A stretch of DNA of 32,000 bases from assembly GCF_000284115.1 (NCBI RefSeq), contig NC_017080.1, positions 3,420,001 through 3,452,000 of the forward strand, given 5' to 3'. Both the position numbers and the translations under genes were made by a program. Below, piece after piece: positions 17,692 through 26,971 of this stretch (position 1 is its first letter; every line of letters starts with the position of its first letter). Origin of the DNA: Phycisphaera mikurensis NBRC 102666 (lineage in GTDB: Bacteria; Planctomycetota; Phycisphaerae; Phycisphaerales; Phycisphaeraceae). Below the pieces are notes generated by a model, which saw only the letters and a program-made list of their open reading frames with translations, ran no database searches and was not told where the DNA came from.

Positions 17692-18705
17692 TCAGGCCCG
17701 CATCGCGGAGGAGCGCTGGGCGAGGGCGGCGGCGAGCTGCGCGCCCGGCGGCTCGTCGGTGCGCATCAGGCGGTGGTCGTAGCCGAAGCGGGTGCAGGCG
17801 GCGCCGACGGCGGCGAGGTGCTCCCCAACGGCGGCGCGGTAGGCCTTCCGCAGCGACCTGGGGTCGGCACCGACGCGGCCGCCGCCCTCGAGGCCGACGA
17901 ACTCGGCTGGCTCGTCGCCGCCGGGCCCGCTGCCCAGGTCCAGCTCCACCGGATCGAGCACCTGCAGCACGAGCGTGTCGTGGTTCGCTCCGCCGTGCCG
18001 CAGCCGGCCCAACGCCGACTCCAGCGCCGCGACCGGGTCGAGGAGGTCGGCGAGGATCACGACGAGCCCGCGCCGGCCGCCGCCGCCGCCCAAGCCGCCG
18101 GCGATGCGGCCGGCGGCGGCGAGGAGGCCCGCGCCCCGGTCGTCTTCCTCGGCGGCCTCCCCGCCGGACGCCTCGGCCTCGGCCACGCCCGCCGCGTCGA
18201 GCGCGGCGGTGACTTCCTCGGCGTGGCCCGACGCGTTGCTCGGCGGCAGGCCGCCGCTCACGCCCGCGTCGAACAGCACGAGCCCGACGCGGTCGCGCTG
18301 GCGGGTGCCCAGGTGCGCGAGCGTGCCGGCGAGCACGGCGGCGTGGTCGAACTTGCTCCAGGCGTCCGGCCGCGTCCGGCCGCCGGGCCGGACCGCACCG
18401 CCGGCGCCACCCGCGAAGCGCATCGACGCGGACCGGTCGACGGCGAGGGTCAGCTCCAGCTGGCTCTCCCGCTCGAACTGCCGCAGGTGGGCCTTGTCGG
18501 TGCGGGCGAGCACCTTCCAATCGAGGTGCCGCAGGTCGTCGCCGGCGACATAGGGCCGGTGCTGCGCGAACTCGGTGGAGACGCCGGAGAGCGGCGTGCG
18601 GTGCCCGCCGGAGAGCAAGCCCTCAACGACGAGGCGGCTGCGTAGCTCGACCCCCTCGACGGCGCGGAGCGTCTCGGGATCGGGATGGAGGCTTCTCTCC
18701 GGCAC
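17692..18705 (-). CDS. DUF58 domain-containing protein (VWA-like)
   Basis: GEFAQHRPY-type motif: SGVSTEFAQHRPYVAGDDLRHLDWKVLARTDKAHLRQFERESQLELTLAVDRSASMRF; GTG start at 18705. Confidence 0.88.
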   Translation of the reverse strand: MPERSLHPDPETLRAVEGVELRSRLVVEGLLSGGHRTPLSGVSTEFAQHRPYVAGDDLRHLDWKVLARTDKAHLRQFERESQLELTLAVDRSASMRFAGGAGGAVRPGGRTRPDAWSKFDHAAVLAGTLAHLGTRQRDRVGLVLFDAGVSGGLPPSNASGHAEEVTAALDAAGVAEAEASGGEAAEEDDRGAGLLAAAGRIAGGLGGGGGRRGLVVILADLLDPVAALESALGRLRHGGANHDTLVLQVLDPVELDLGSGPGGDEPAEFVGLEGGGRVGADPRSLRKAYRAAVGEHLAAVGAACTRFGYDHRLMRTDEPPGAQLAAALAQRSSAMRA

Positions 18706-18725
18706 GCGCGGAGGCTAGTGCCGCG

Positions 18726-19439
18726 TCACGCCGCGATCCGCGGGTAGAGGCTCAGCAGCTTGATCCGGGCGTCATCGGCGGTGAACTGCCAGTGCACGCC
18801 TCGCTGGCTCTGGTTGCGAGCGGCCGCCCAGGCTCGGGCCTCGCGATCGATCTCCTGGATGGTGTCGATCCGTCGGCCGAGGCATTGCCTTGAGAGCACA
18901 CTCAGTTCGCACTCGGCGATGTTCAGCCACGAACCGTGGGCCGGCGTGTGCACCAGCTCGATCCGCTCAGCGATCCGCCGCGCCTCTGCTGCCTCGAATG
19001 CTTCGTACAACGACGCGATCCTGTGGGTGTTCAGGTTGTCGCACACCAGGCGGATCCGCGTCGCTGACTCGTAACGCGGGGCGTCCACCAACGCCTGGAT
19101 CTGGTGGGCCCAGTCCGCCGCGGTGCGTCGCCGACTGGTCCGAACGTCCCGCCACCCAGCCAACGGCTCGGTGAACATCCACAGGTTGCAGGTGCCGTGC
19201 CGCACGTACTCGTGGTCCTCGATCCGACGGCCGGTGGAGTCGGTGAAGCGGCGGCGGGTCTCGCCGATGAGCTGCTTGGGCTGCTCGTCCATGCACACCA
19301 CCGGCAACGCCGGGTCGTAGGCGAGCGCGTACAGGCACAGCACCGCCTCCATGGCCGCGACGAAGGCCGCGGACTGCTCCGGCGGGATGCACCACATCTT
19401 CTTCCTCCACGGCTTCAGGCCGTTTTTTGAAGAGCGCAC
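18726..19439 (-). CDS. IS630-family transposase, catalytic (DDE) part
   Basis: VVCMDEQPKQLIGE...RIRLVCDNLNTHR...ELVHTPAHGSWLNIAECELSVLSRQC, with D, D and E residues in the IS630 arrangement. Confidence 0.92.
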   Translation of the reverse strand: MRSSKNGLKPWRKKMWCIPPEQSAAFVAAMEAVLCLYALAYDPALPVVCMDEQPKQLIGETRRRFTDSTGRRIEDHEYVRHGTCNLWMFTEPLAGWRDVRTSRRRTAADWAHQIQALVDAPRYESATRIRLVCDNLNTHRIASLYEAFEAAEARRIAERIELVHTPAHGSWLNIAECELSVLSRQCLGRRIDTIQEIDREARAWAAARNQSQRGVHWQFTADDARIKLLSLYPRIAA

Positions 19440-19879
19440 CGCACCGCTTCGCGGCTGATCGAGTCCACCACCTTCAGCTCCACCAGCCGGCCGGCCAGGA
19501 GGCGGAGGCTCCAGCGATCATGGCCCTCGGGCGGGTCCGAGCAGGCGATCGTCACCAGCTGAGCTTCGCCTACGCCGTCGAGCTTGCGTTGCATCGCGCG
19601 GTCTTGAGGCTTGCGTTCGAGCAACGAGAGCGGACCGTCCTCGACAGCCTTCTTCCGCCAGCCCTCCACAGTGCGGACACCCGCGTCGAAAGCCTCGGCA
19701 ATCTGCTCGTCGGTCCAGGCCGGGGCGCCGGGCGATTCGTCGCACTTGAGCAGGGCTTGCGCCCGCTGGATCTTCCAGCCGGCGACGCGGCCGCTGCGGA
19801 CCAGCGTGGTCAGCTGCTCCCGCTCGTCGTCGGTGAGGTGGACGTGGTAGAGCTTTCGATTCTTGAGCTTCGTGGCCAT
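19415..19879 (-). CDS. IS630-family transposase, N-terminal helix-turn-helix part
   Basis: MATKLKNRKLYHVHLTDDEREQLTTLVRSGRVAGWKIQRAQALLKCDE...TDEQIAEAFDAGVRTVEGWRKKAVEDG. Overlaps the catalytic ORF at an AAAAAA run. Confidence 0.88.
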   Translation of the reverse strand: MATKLKNRKLYHVHLTDDEREQLTTLVRSGRVAGWKIQRAQALLKCDESPGAPAWTDEQIAEAFDAGVRTVEGWRKKAVEDGPLSLLERKPQDRAMQRKLDGVGEAQLVTIACSDPPEGHDRWSLRLLAGRLVELKVVDSISREAVRCALQKTA

Positions 19880-20146
19880 CCTTGGCCTCCTTTGCATTCG
19901 GTGGTGAACCCGTGCACGGTGACGCTACACGCCTCACCCGCAGATCGGCGGCAGCCGCGGCACTAGAGCATCCAAGCGGCGTCAAGCTGCCGCTCGGCTG
20001 GGAGCAGACCCCGCCGCCCGCGGCCCGCGAGCCGGGCGATCGTGCGGCGACGCGGCCGCGGGCCGCGGGCTGCGGGCCGCCACCGTGCGGAATCCAGGCG
20101 GGCGTAACGCCATGAACCGATGCGACGCTCGATCCCTCCGCCTGGA

Positions 20147-21154
20147 TCAGGCCGCGAGGCGGTGATCGGAGAGGTCGGCGTCGGCTCCGCTTCCCAGCGG
20201 CCCGAGGTCGGCGGCGGGGGCGCCGCGGAAGCGGAGGTCGGGGGCGTCGGAAGCGGCCGGGGCCTGCCCGCCGCGGCGGCGCTCGCGGTCGGCCTCCCAC
20301 GCCTTCACGAGCGACTCGGTGCTGCGCTGCAGGCGCAGCACGCTCTGCCACTCGGTGTCGAGGTCCTCCTGCGTCTTGGCGGCTTCGGCCTTCGCCTCGT
20401 CGAGCCGCTGCCGCTCGCGGGCGAGGTTCGCACGCTCGGTCTCGAGCGCCTCCCGCTCGCGCTGAAGGTCCGCCTCGACGTCCTGGCGATGGGCGTCGGC
20501 GTCAGCCAACGCCGCGGCGCGCTGCTCCGCGATCCGTTCGGTGGCGGCGGTTTCGCGTTCCTTGGCCTGCTCGGCGGCCTGCGCGTCGGCGGATTCGATC
20601 AGGATCCGCGCGTCACGCTCCGCCTCGGCGACCGTCTCGGCGGCCTGCCGCTCGGCCTCGGCGGCCGCGGCGACGAGCTTCTCGGTCTCGGCCGACCGGT
20701 AGCGGGCGAAGCGCTCCCGGTCGTGCGCGGTCTTCTGCTCCTCGGCCACGAGCGCGTCGCGGCGGGCGGCGAGATCGGCCTCGGCGACCGCGATCCGCTC
20801 ACGCCGCGCGACGAGATCGCTCGTGCTGGCGTCGGCCCACTTCTGCAGCTCCTCGAAGCGGCCCTGCATCTCCGCGAGCAGGCCGCCGGCGAGGTCGGGG
20901 ACCTCGGGCAGCGGGGTCGCCGGCGCGACGGTCGGCTCGGCCGCGGCTTCCGGCTCCGCCTCGCCGCCGGCCTCCGGCGCCGCCACCGCGAGCGGGCCGA
21001 AGACCGCGTCGGGATCCAGGTCCGACGCGTCTCCGAGCCCGTCCGTGAGCCCCAACGCGAGCTCCATGAGCCCCGAGCCGCCGGTGGAGGCGCGCGGGCC
21101 GGCTTGGGCGGCGGCGTGGGAAGGATCGGAACGCTTGGATCGAGAGCGGGGCAT
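20147..21154 (-). CDS. Alanine-rich coiled-coil protein, unknown function
   Basis: MPRSRSKRSDPSHAAAQAGPRASTGGSGLMELALG...LLAEMQGRFEELQKWADASTSDLVARRERIAVAEADLAARRDALVAEEQKTAHDRERFARYRSAETEKLVAAAAEAERQAAETVAEAERDAR..., a long heptad-rich region. Confidence 0.7.
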   Translation of the reverse strand: MPRSRSKRSDPSHAAAQAGPRASTGGSGLMELALGLTDGLGDASDLDPDAVFGPLAVAAPEAGGEAEPEAAAEPTVAPATPLPEVPDLAGGLLAEMQGRFEELQKWADASTSDLVARRERIAVAEADLAARRDALVAEEQKTAHDRERFARYRSAETEKLVAAAAEAERQAAETVAEAERDARILIESADAQAAEQAKERETAATERIAEQRAAALADADAHRQDVEADLQREREALETERANLARERQRLDEAKAEAAKTQEDLDTEWQSVLRLQRSTESLVKAWEADRERRRGGQAPAASDAPDLRFRGAPAADLGPLGSGADADLSDHRLAA

Positions 21155-21237
21155 CGGCGGGGCTCGGGGGTGGGTTCGGGCCGTCGCGTCGCTGCGACCG
21201 GCTCCGCCGACTCCATCGGCACCCCCCGCCCGCCGCT

Positions 21238-24200
21238 TCAGCCCGGAGAACCGGAACCTCCGGCCACGCCACAGCCGACGACCACCTCGGTCGCACCGCC
21301 GAGCGCCGCGACCGGCAACGCCCAGCCGGCGCCGGCCCGCTGGGCCCCCGCGAGCGGCTCGCCGCCGGCGGTCGGCGGGGTCCCGGCCGGCACCGCCGGA
21401 TCGACCACGACCCGGACCGGGAGGCCACGCGCCGCGAGGTCCAGCTCCACCGGCCCGGCGAGGTCGGCGGGCAGCCGGGGGTCCAGCCCGAGCACCGCCG
21501 CTTCGCCGGAGCCCGCCACCGCCACGCCCACCAGCTCCTGCACGATCAGGCGGACGAAGATGCCCGGCCCGCTGGAGTAGACCCGCCAGCCGCCCTCCAC
21601 CGGCACCTCGCCGGCCATCACCTTCGCGTAGTGCTCGTCCGCCTCCTCGCGGTGGGCGAAGGCCGCGTCGGAGCTGCTGAAGTAGGCGTTGGCCTGCCGC
21701 GGGAGCGCATGGCTCACCGAGTCCGCGATGCCCACGGGGTTGACCTTCAGCAGCTCGGCGAGGACGCCTCCGGCTCCGGCTTCGGCGCCGGCCGCGTCGC
21801 GGCCGACGTTCGCCAGCACCTCGGCGTAGCGGAGGTGGCTGTGCGTGTACATCAGCCCGACCTCGCGGCCGAAGAACGCGGCCGACTCCGCCCGCTGGAA
21901 GGTCTCGCTCACACCGCCGCGGTACGCCGGCGGCCGGTCCATCAGGCGGGCGCCGTCGGGGGCGAGCAGGTGCTCGCGGAGGAGGGCGAGGTGGCGGGCG
22001 GCCGCGTCGCCGGCGAGGAGGCCCGAGAGGATCCCCCGGTTGATCGCGATGAGCCCGTGCCGCACGACGCTGCGGACGGCAGCGGGGTGCAGCAGCGGCT
22101 CCACGCTCTCGCCCGCCTCGTCGAAGATCCCGACCCCCATGACCTCGGCCTCGCCGTCGGGGCCCGGCGGCGTGAGCAGGCGGTGGAAGTCGGCGGCGAG
22201 CGCGTCGGCCCGGGCCTCCAGCCGGCCCTTCCACGCCGGGTCCCCGCAGCCCACCGCGAGCCCCAGCAGCGTTTCGAAGAGCAGCGCGTTCGTCCACGCG
22301 CTCACCATCCGCTCCGCCATCCACGGCTCCGCCGGCTGCAGCGCGTCGTTCCAGTCGCCGTGGCCGTAGGCCATGAGCGCGGTGCCGGGGATCCGGTGCG
22401 CGTCGATGTTGCCGACGGCGGCTTCGGCGTGCTCGCGCAGCGTCGAGGCCGCGTCGTCGTCGACCCAGGCGACCTTCTCCTCCAGCAGGGCCGCGTGGCC
22501 GGCGGCGCGGAGGTGGTCCGCCAGCGCCTTGAGCGGCCAGACGACCACGTCGCCGTGCGCGTCGCCGGCGCGGGTGTCCTGGTAAGGGGGAAGCATGAAC
22601 CACTGCGGCCAGCCGCCGGCGGCGACGCCGCCGCCGCCGGCCCGGCGCTGGTTCGCGAAGACGATCTTCAGGATCTCCGCCACCACGTCGTGCCGGCCCA
22701 GCCCCGCGAGCAGCTCCACCGGGCCCTGGCACACGTCGCGCGTGCCCCAGGCGCCGCCGGTGAACTGCTCGAGGCCCACCGGCGTGGAGAGGTGGATCAC
22801 CGCGTTGTGCACCAGCCACGGCAGCGCTTCGGACAGCCGCCGCGTCCGCGGGTCGGGCCCGGCGTCGAAGCCGGCGCGGGCGGCAAGGCCAAGCCAGAAG
22901 GCGTCGGGGTCGGCCGGCTCGTCGGAAACGTCCACCGTCTCCGCGAGGTTGTTGCACAGCTCGATCGTCCACGCCGTCGCCGCCTCCGCCGCCAGCACGG
23001 CGACCAGCCACGGGTGGCCGACCCGCTCCTCGCCGGTCAGCAGCTCGTCCCCGCCGAGCGTCTGCGCCGAGCCCTCGGCGAAGCGGAGCAGCAGGCCCGG
23101 CGCCGGGCCCTGCGCGTCCAGCGGCGAACCGCCCGCGGGCCGCGCCGCGAAGCCGTCGTCGAGCACGCCGACCTCCACCGCCGCCGCGTTCTCCGCAGGC
23201 CCCGGGCTCACCTGCAGCGACACCCGGAGCCGCCGCGGCTCGCCGGCGAGCCACTCCGCCGCGTACGCCAGCAGCGGGCCCTCGGCCGCGGCCGCCACCC
23301 ACACCCGCAGCACGTCGGGCCCGAAGCGGTACCACCAGCTCGCCGTGCCCGGGGTGGTGGCGAACGCGGTGGCGACGCCGAGGACGCGCCAGCCGCCGGG
23401 GGCTCCCTCGTCCTCGACGGCGATCCGCAGGCCGGTCGAGGGGTCGAGGTTCAGCTCGTCGCGGACGACGCCGCTCCAGCGGCCGAAGACGGTGTTGCCC
23501 AGCGTGAGGTGCGAGCCGAAGGCGCCGCGCTGGAACACGGTCGCCGTCGCGAGCTCCGCACCGGGCATCAGCCCCTCGCCGGTGCGCAGCAGGTGGCCGT
23601 GGCCGCGGCGTAGCCGGGCCTCCTTGCCGCGGGTGGCGACGTGCGTGGCCTCGCCGCAGAAGAAGGAGGCCAGCTCGCCGTGCAGCTCCTCGATCTCGCG
23701 CCAGTCGTCGCGCGGGCCGAACCAGGCCGCGAGGTCTTCGCCCGAAGCCGGATCGCCGGCGAGCGGCGCGGCGGCGAAGCCGCGGACCGCGGCCAGAACC
23801 GGCGTCCCGGACCGGCGGTCCGCGGATTTCTGCCGCGACTTCTGCCGCGCGCCCGCCGCGGCCCGCTCGATGGCGTCGACCCGCGACAGATCCTCGCCCG
23901 ACGAAGCCTGGGGGTGGTCCGGGCAGAGCTCGAAGAAGAAGGTCGCCTCGCCGGGCCGCCCCGGGGCGACCCGCAGCGGGCAGCTCCGCAGCACGGCCGC
24001 CGCCGCCTCGTGCTGGCAGACGTTGGCGCCCTCGGGCCACTGCCGCACCCCGGCGTCGGGCGTCGCCACCTTCGCCCGCGTGCCCATCGCCGCCACGGCG
24101 TCGGTCGCGACGCCGACGCAGGACGGCACGCAGCCGGCCAGCACCTGGGGGAAGCCGGTCGACTGCTTCAGCGCCTGACGGCACAGCTGCACGAGCCCCA

Positions 24201-24693
24201 CCCGGCCGTGCTCGAGGACGGCGTGATCGACGTAGTGCGAGACGTACTTCTCGTTGTTCCGCAGCGTCCCCTCGTCGGCGAGCCCGATCCCGGCGAGCAG
24301 CAGCAGCTCGACCTCGGCCTCGTCCTGCGGCGTGTCGGCCTCCACGCGGACGAGCCAGAACCAGCGGGCGGCGTCGGCGTCGAGCCGCAGCTCGACCGCG
24401 TAGCCGAAGCCGCCCGCGTCGCCGGACCAGCGGATCGCCTCGTCGCTCGCGGCCAGCGTCGGCTCCGCCCCCGGCCCGAGCAGCGGCACCGCCGCCTCCT
24501 CCCCGGTCTTCCGCAGCCACAGCCGCGGCCCGCCGGCCGCGAGCGGCGAGGCCACCTCCGACGACAGCGCCAGCGACCCCGCGTTGAGCCGGGCGAGCCC
24601 GCCGGTGGCCCGCACCTCGGCGACGAGCCCCCCGCCCCCGCGGAGGCGGTGAACCGGCCAGTCGGAAGAGGCGAGCGTGCGGAAGTCCTGCAT
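21238..24693 (-). CDS. Large GH94/GH36-like glycoside phosphorylase or hydrolase (cellobiose-phosphorylase-like)
   Basis: Anti-sandwich N-domains, then PVDRTCHE-like region TGGAWGTRDVCQGPVELL, WPQWFMLPPYQDTRAGDAHGDVVVWPLKALADHL and ALMAYGHGDWNDALQP, resembling the (alpha/alpha)6 catalytic domain of glycosyltransferase-36-type enzymes. Confidence 0.75.
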   Translation of the reverse strand: MQDFRTLASSDWPVHRLRGGGGLVAEVRATGGLARLNAGSLALSSEVASPLAAGGPRLWLRKTGEEAAVPLLGPGAEPTLAASDEAIRWSGDAGGFGYAVELRLDADAARWFWLVRVEADTPQDEAEVELLLLAGIGLADEGTLRNNEKYVSHYVDHAVLEHGRVGLVQLCRQALKQSTGFPQVLAGCVPSCVGVATDAVAAMGTRAKVATPDAGVRQWPEGANVCQHEAAAAVLRSCPLRVAPGRPGEATFFFELCPDHPQASSGEDLSRVDAIERAAAGARQKSRQKSADRRSGTPVLAAVRGFAAAPLAGDPASGEDLAAWFGPRDDWREIEELHGELASFFCGEATHVATRGKEARLRRGHGHLLRTGEGLMPGAELATATVFQRGAFGSHLTLGNTVFGRWSGVVRDELNLDPSTGLRIAVEDEGAPGGWRVLGVATAFATTPGTASWWYRFGPDVLRVWVAAAAEGPLLAYAAEWLAGEPRRLRVSLQVSPGPAENAAAVEVGVLDDGFAARPAGGSPLDAQGPAPGLLLRFAEGSAQTLGGDELLTGEERVGHPWLVAVLAAEAATAWTIELCNNLAETVDVSDEPADPDAFWLGLAARAGFDAGPDPRTRRLSEALPWLVHNAVIHLSTPVGLEQFTGGAWGTRDVCQGPVELLAGLGRHDVVAEILKIVFANQRRAGGGGVAAGGWPQWFMLPPYQDTRAGDAHGDVVVWPLKALADHLRAAGHAALLEEKVAWVDDDAASTLREHAEAAVGNIDAHRIPGTALMAYGHGDWNDALQPAEPWMAERMVSAWTNALLFETLLGLAVGCGDPAWKGRLEARADALAADFHRLLTPPGPDGEAEVMGVGIFDEAGESVEPLLHPAAVRSVVRHGLIAINRGILSGLLAGDAAARHLALLREHLLAPDGARLMDRPPAYRGGVSETFQRAESAAFFGREVGLMYTHSHLRYAEVLANVGRDAAGAEAGAGGVLAELLKVNPVGIADSVSHALPRQANAYFSSSDAAFAHREEADEHYAKVMAGEVPVEGGWRVYSSGPGIFVRLIVQELVGVAVAGSGEAAVLGLDPRLPADLAGPVELDLAARGLPVRVVVDPAVPAGTPPTAGGEPLAGAQRAGAGWALPVAALGGATEVVVGCGVAGGSGSPG

Positions 24694-24922
24694 GGGCGGA
24701 GGCTACGGAGCGACCCGGGCGACGCACCGCGGGCACGCCGTGCGGGCCTGCTCCCCGCGGCAGAAGGCGGACAGAACCCGTCGGGCCGACGCGGCGCGTC
24801 GGTCGCGGAGGGCGCGGCGAGCGCCGCTCCTCGCTGCGTGGGCCAGCCGCTTCCTTCGCGTCCCCCGCGTCCTCCCTCCCTTCGCGACGGAGCGGAGCGA
24901 CCCGGCCCGCAACGACAGGGCG

Positions 24923-26017
24923 TCACACCCGTCGCCGCAGCTCCGCCTCGATGAAGCCCTGGAGGTCGCCGTCCATCACCGCCTGCGGGTTGCCCTTCTC
25001 GAAACCGGTGCGGTGGTCCTTCACGCGGTTGTCGTAGAAGACGTAGCTGCGGATCTGCGTGCCCCAGCCCCGGTCGACCTTGCCGCCGGTCGCGTCGTCC
25101 ATCTCGGCCTGCCGCTTCTCCTCCTCGATCAGCTCCAGCTTCGCCCGCAAGATCCCCAGCGCCTGCTTGCGGTTCTGCTCCTGCTTGCGGTGCACCGAGC
25201 ACACCACCATGATCTGCGTCGGCTTGTGAACGATGCGCACGGCCGAGGCGACCTTGTTCACGTTCTGCCCGCCGGGGCCGGACGAGCGGGCGAAGGCGGT
25301 GACTTCCAGCTCGTTCTCGTCGATCTCCAGCTTGCCGTCGTCCTCGAACTCGGGCACCACGTCCACCGTGGCGAAGCTCGTCTGCCGCTTGCCCTCGGCG
25401 TTGTACGGGCTCACCCGCGCCAGCCGGTGCGTGCCGCGTTCGGCGGAGAGGTAGCCGTAGGCGAAGGGCCCGGTGACGTGCAGCGTCACCTCCTTCACGC
25501 CCGCCTCGGTGCCGTGGGTGAGGCTGACCTCCGAGGCATCGAAGCCCTGCTTCTCGAAGTAGTACATGTACATCCGCATCAGCATCTCGGCCCAGTCGTC
25601 GGCCTCGGTGCCGCCGGCTCCGCTCTGGATGGTCAGGTACGCCGCCTTGGCGTCGTGCTTGCCGGACAGCAGCGAGGTGATCTCCAGCTTGTCCAGGTCG
25701 GCCTCGATGGCGTCGAGCTGCTGATCGACCTCCTCCTTGCTCTCCTGATCGCCGGCCTCTCCGGCCATCTCCCAGAGCAGCACCGCGTCCTCGACCTTCG
25801 CCGCCGCCGCCTTCCAGGGCTCCAGCACCACCTTCACCGCCTTCATCTCGGCCAGCATCCGATTCGCCTGGTCCGGGTCGTCCCAAAACGTCGGCGCGTT
25901 CATCCGCTCGGTGAAGGCGGCCAGCTCCGCCTCCCGCTCCTCCACGTGCAGGGCTCTGCCCATGTCGGCGACGCGGGTCTGGTACTCGTCAAGAACGGCG
26001 GGGATGTTGTCGCGCAT
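24923..26017 (-). CDS. prfB: Peptide chain release factor 2
   Basis: SGPGGQNVNKVASAVRI (GGQ motif), GAGGTEADDWAEMLMRMY, TFWDDPDQANRM, SYVFYDNRVKDHRTG; uninterrupted ORF. Confidence 0.93.
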   Translation of the reverse strand: MRDNIPAVLDEYQTRVADMGRALHVEEREAELAAFTERMNAPTFWDDPDQANRMLAEMKAVKVVLEPWKAAAAKVEDAVLLWEMAGEAGDQESKEEVDQQLDAIEADLDKLEITSLLSGKHDAKAAYLTIQSGAGGTEADDWAEMLMRMYMYYFEKQGFDASEVSLTHGTEAGVKEVTLHVTGPFAYGYLSAERGTHRLARVSPYNAEGKRQTSFATVDVVPEFEDDGKLEIDENELEVTAFARSSGPGGQNVNKVASAVRIVHKPTQIMVVCSVHRKQEQNRKQALGILRAKLELIEEEKRQAEMDDATGGKVDRGWGTQIRSYVFYDNRVKDHRTGFEKGNPQAVMDGDLQGFIEAELRRRV

Positions 26018-26049
26018 GGGAAGCCGCGGGGCGGGGGCGTGAGCGTACG

Positions 26050-26087
26050 GGGCCGGGGCCGGCCGGCACGGCGGTCGGCCCCGGCCC
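26050..26087 (-). terminator. Possible rho-independent terminator-like hairpin downstream of the MBL-fold gene
   Basis: GGGCCGGGGCCG (50-61) pairs with CGGCCCCGGCCC (76-87), 14-nt loop; no obvious U-tract, so weak support. Confidence 0.3.
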
Positions 26088-26116
26088 GCGGCCGCGGGTT
26101 GCCACGCCGGCGGCCT

Positions 26117-26794
26117 TTAGAGGAAGGGGTTGCCGGCCCGCTCCCGCCCCACCGTCGTCTCGGGGCCGTGCCCGGGGAGCACGCGGGTGTCCTCCGGCAG
26201 CGTCATCAGCTGGCGGAGCGACGCCTGCAGCGCGGCGGGGTCGGAGTGGGGGAAGTCGGTCCGGCCGACGCCGCCGGCGAAGAGCGTGTCGCCGACGATG
26301 GCGAGGCCCAGCTCCTGCTGGTGGAAGGTGAGCCCGCCGGGGCTGTGGCCGGGGGTCGCGAGGATCGCCCAGTCGAGGCCGGCGGCCCGGGTTGTGGTGC
26401 CGCCGGCGAGGGTGCCGGTCGCGGCGGGCGCCACCAGCGGCTGGCCGATCCAGGCGGAAAGGTTGTTCTCGGGGTCCTGCAGGTAGGCGGTCTCGGCGGC
26501 GTGGATCTCGATGGCGCAGCCGGGGTGGAGGTCACGCAGCTCGGCGAGGCCGGCGATGTGGTCGGCGTGGGCGTGGGTCAGCACGACCCGCTCGACGGCG
26601 AGCCCGAGCCCGCGGATCCGCGCGAGCAGCGGGCCGGGCCGCTGACCGGGGTCGAAGACGGTCGCGGCCGCGTCGGGCTCCCCGGTCCGGTACGCGAGGT
26701 ACGCGTTCGTGCCGAGGTCGCCGAGCTCGAAGGCCTCCACGCGGACGCCGGAGGAGGAGGAGGGTGAGGCATCGGTCGTCCGCGGGGTTTCCAT
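26117..26794 (-). CDS. MBL-fold metallo-hydrolase (glyoxalase II-like)
   Basis: THAHADHIAG metal-binding motif, ATPGHSPGGLTF, VGDTLFAGGVGRTDFP, VLPGHGPETTVGRE. Confidence 0.92.
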   Translation of the reverse strand: METPRTTDASPSSSSGVRVEAFELGDLGTNAYLAYRTGEPDAAATVFDPGQRPGPLLARIRGLGLAVERVVLTHAHADHIAGLAELRDLHPGCAIEIHAAETAYLQDPENNLSAWIGQPLVAPAATGTLAGGTTTRAAGLDWAILATPGHSPGGLTFHQQELGLAIVGDTLFAGGVGRTDFPHSDPAALQASLRQLMTLPEDTRVLPGHGPETTVGRERAGNPFL

Positions 26795-26971
26795 CGGCGG
26801 ACGCTACGGCGCGCCGGCACCGGCCGCCGGTGGGGCCAGCCTCCGTGAACGATGTTCGACTCCGAGCCCCTCCAAGCGTCAGGACCGTTAGAGTCCCCGC
26901 CCGGCGGTCGATGGGTCCGGCTTCCGCGGCGCAGCGGGCCACCCGAACCGCAACCCGAGAGAGAACCCCGC

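Larger units (their letters stand above)
18716..19965 (-). mobile_element. IS630-family insertion sequence with TA target-site duplication
   Basis: Ends TA-GTGCCGCG... (left, 18716) and ...CGCGGCAC-TA (right, 19965). TIR similarity extends inward imperfectly. Encloses two overlapping transposase ORFs. Confidence 0.85.

Noticed and set aside
15484-18645. 1053-aa + strand ORF (largest of several, with 6595-10491 + and 12400-14721 +)
   Set aside because: Exactly antisense to well-supported BatA/DUF58, ATPase and flotillin genes. Composition is Arg/Gly/Ala/His-rich low-complexity typical of shadow ORFs in high-GC DNA, with no recognisable domain.
20147-24736. 1529-aa minus-strand ORF taken as one protein
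   Set aside because: Only the last ~335 aa (from ATG at 21154) is a plausible coiled-coil protein. The upstream portion is an out-of-frame shadow of the GH94/GH36-like gene.
22595-25886. Long overlapping ORFs at 22595-24178 +, 23641-24954 + and 24168-25886 -
   Set aside because: Antisense or out-of-frame to the GH94/GH36-like gene and prfB; no coherent domain.
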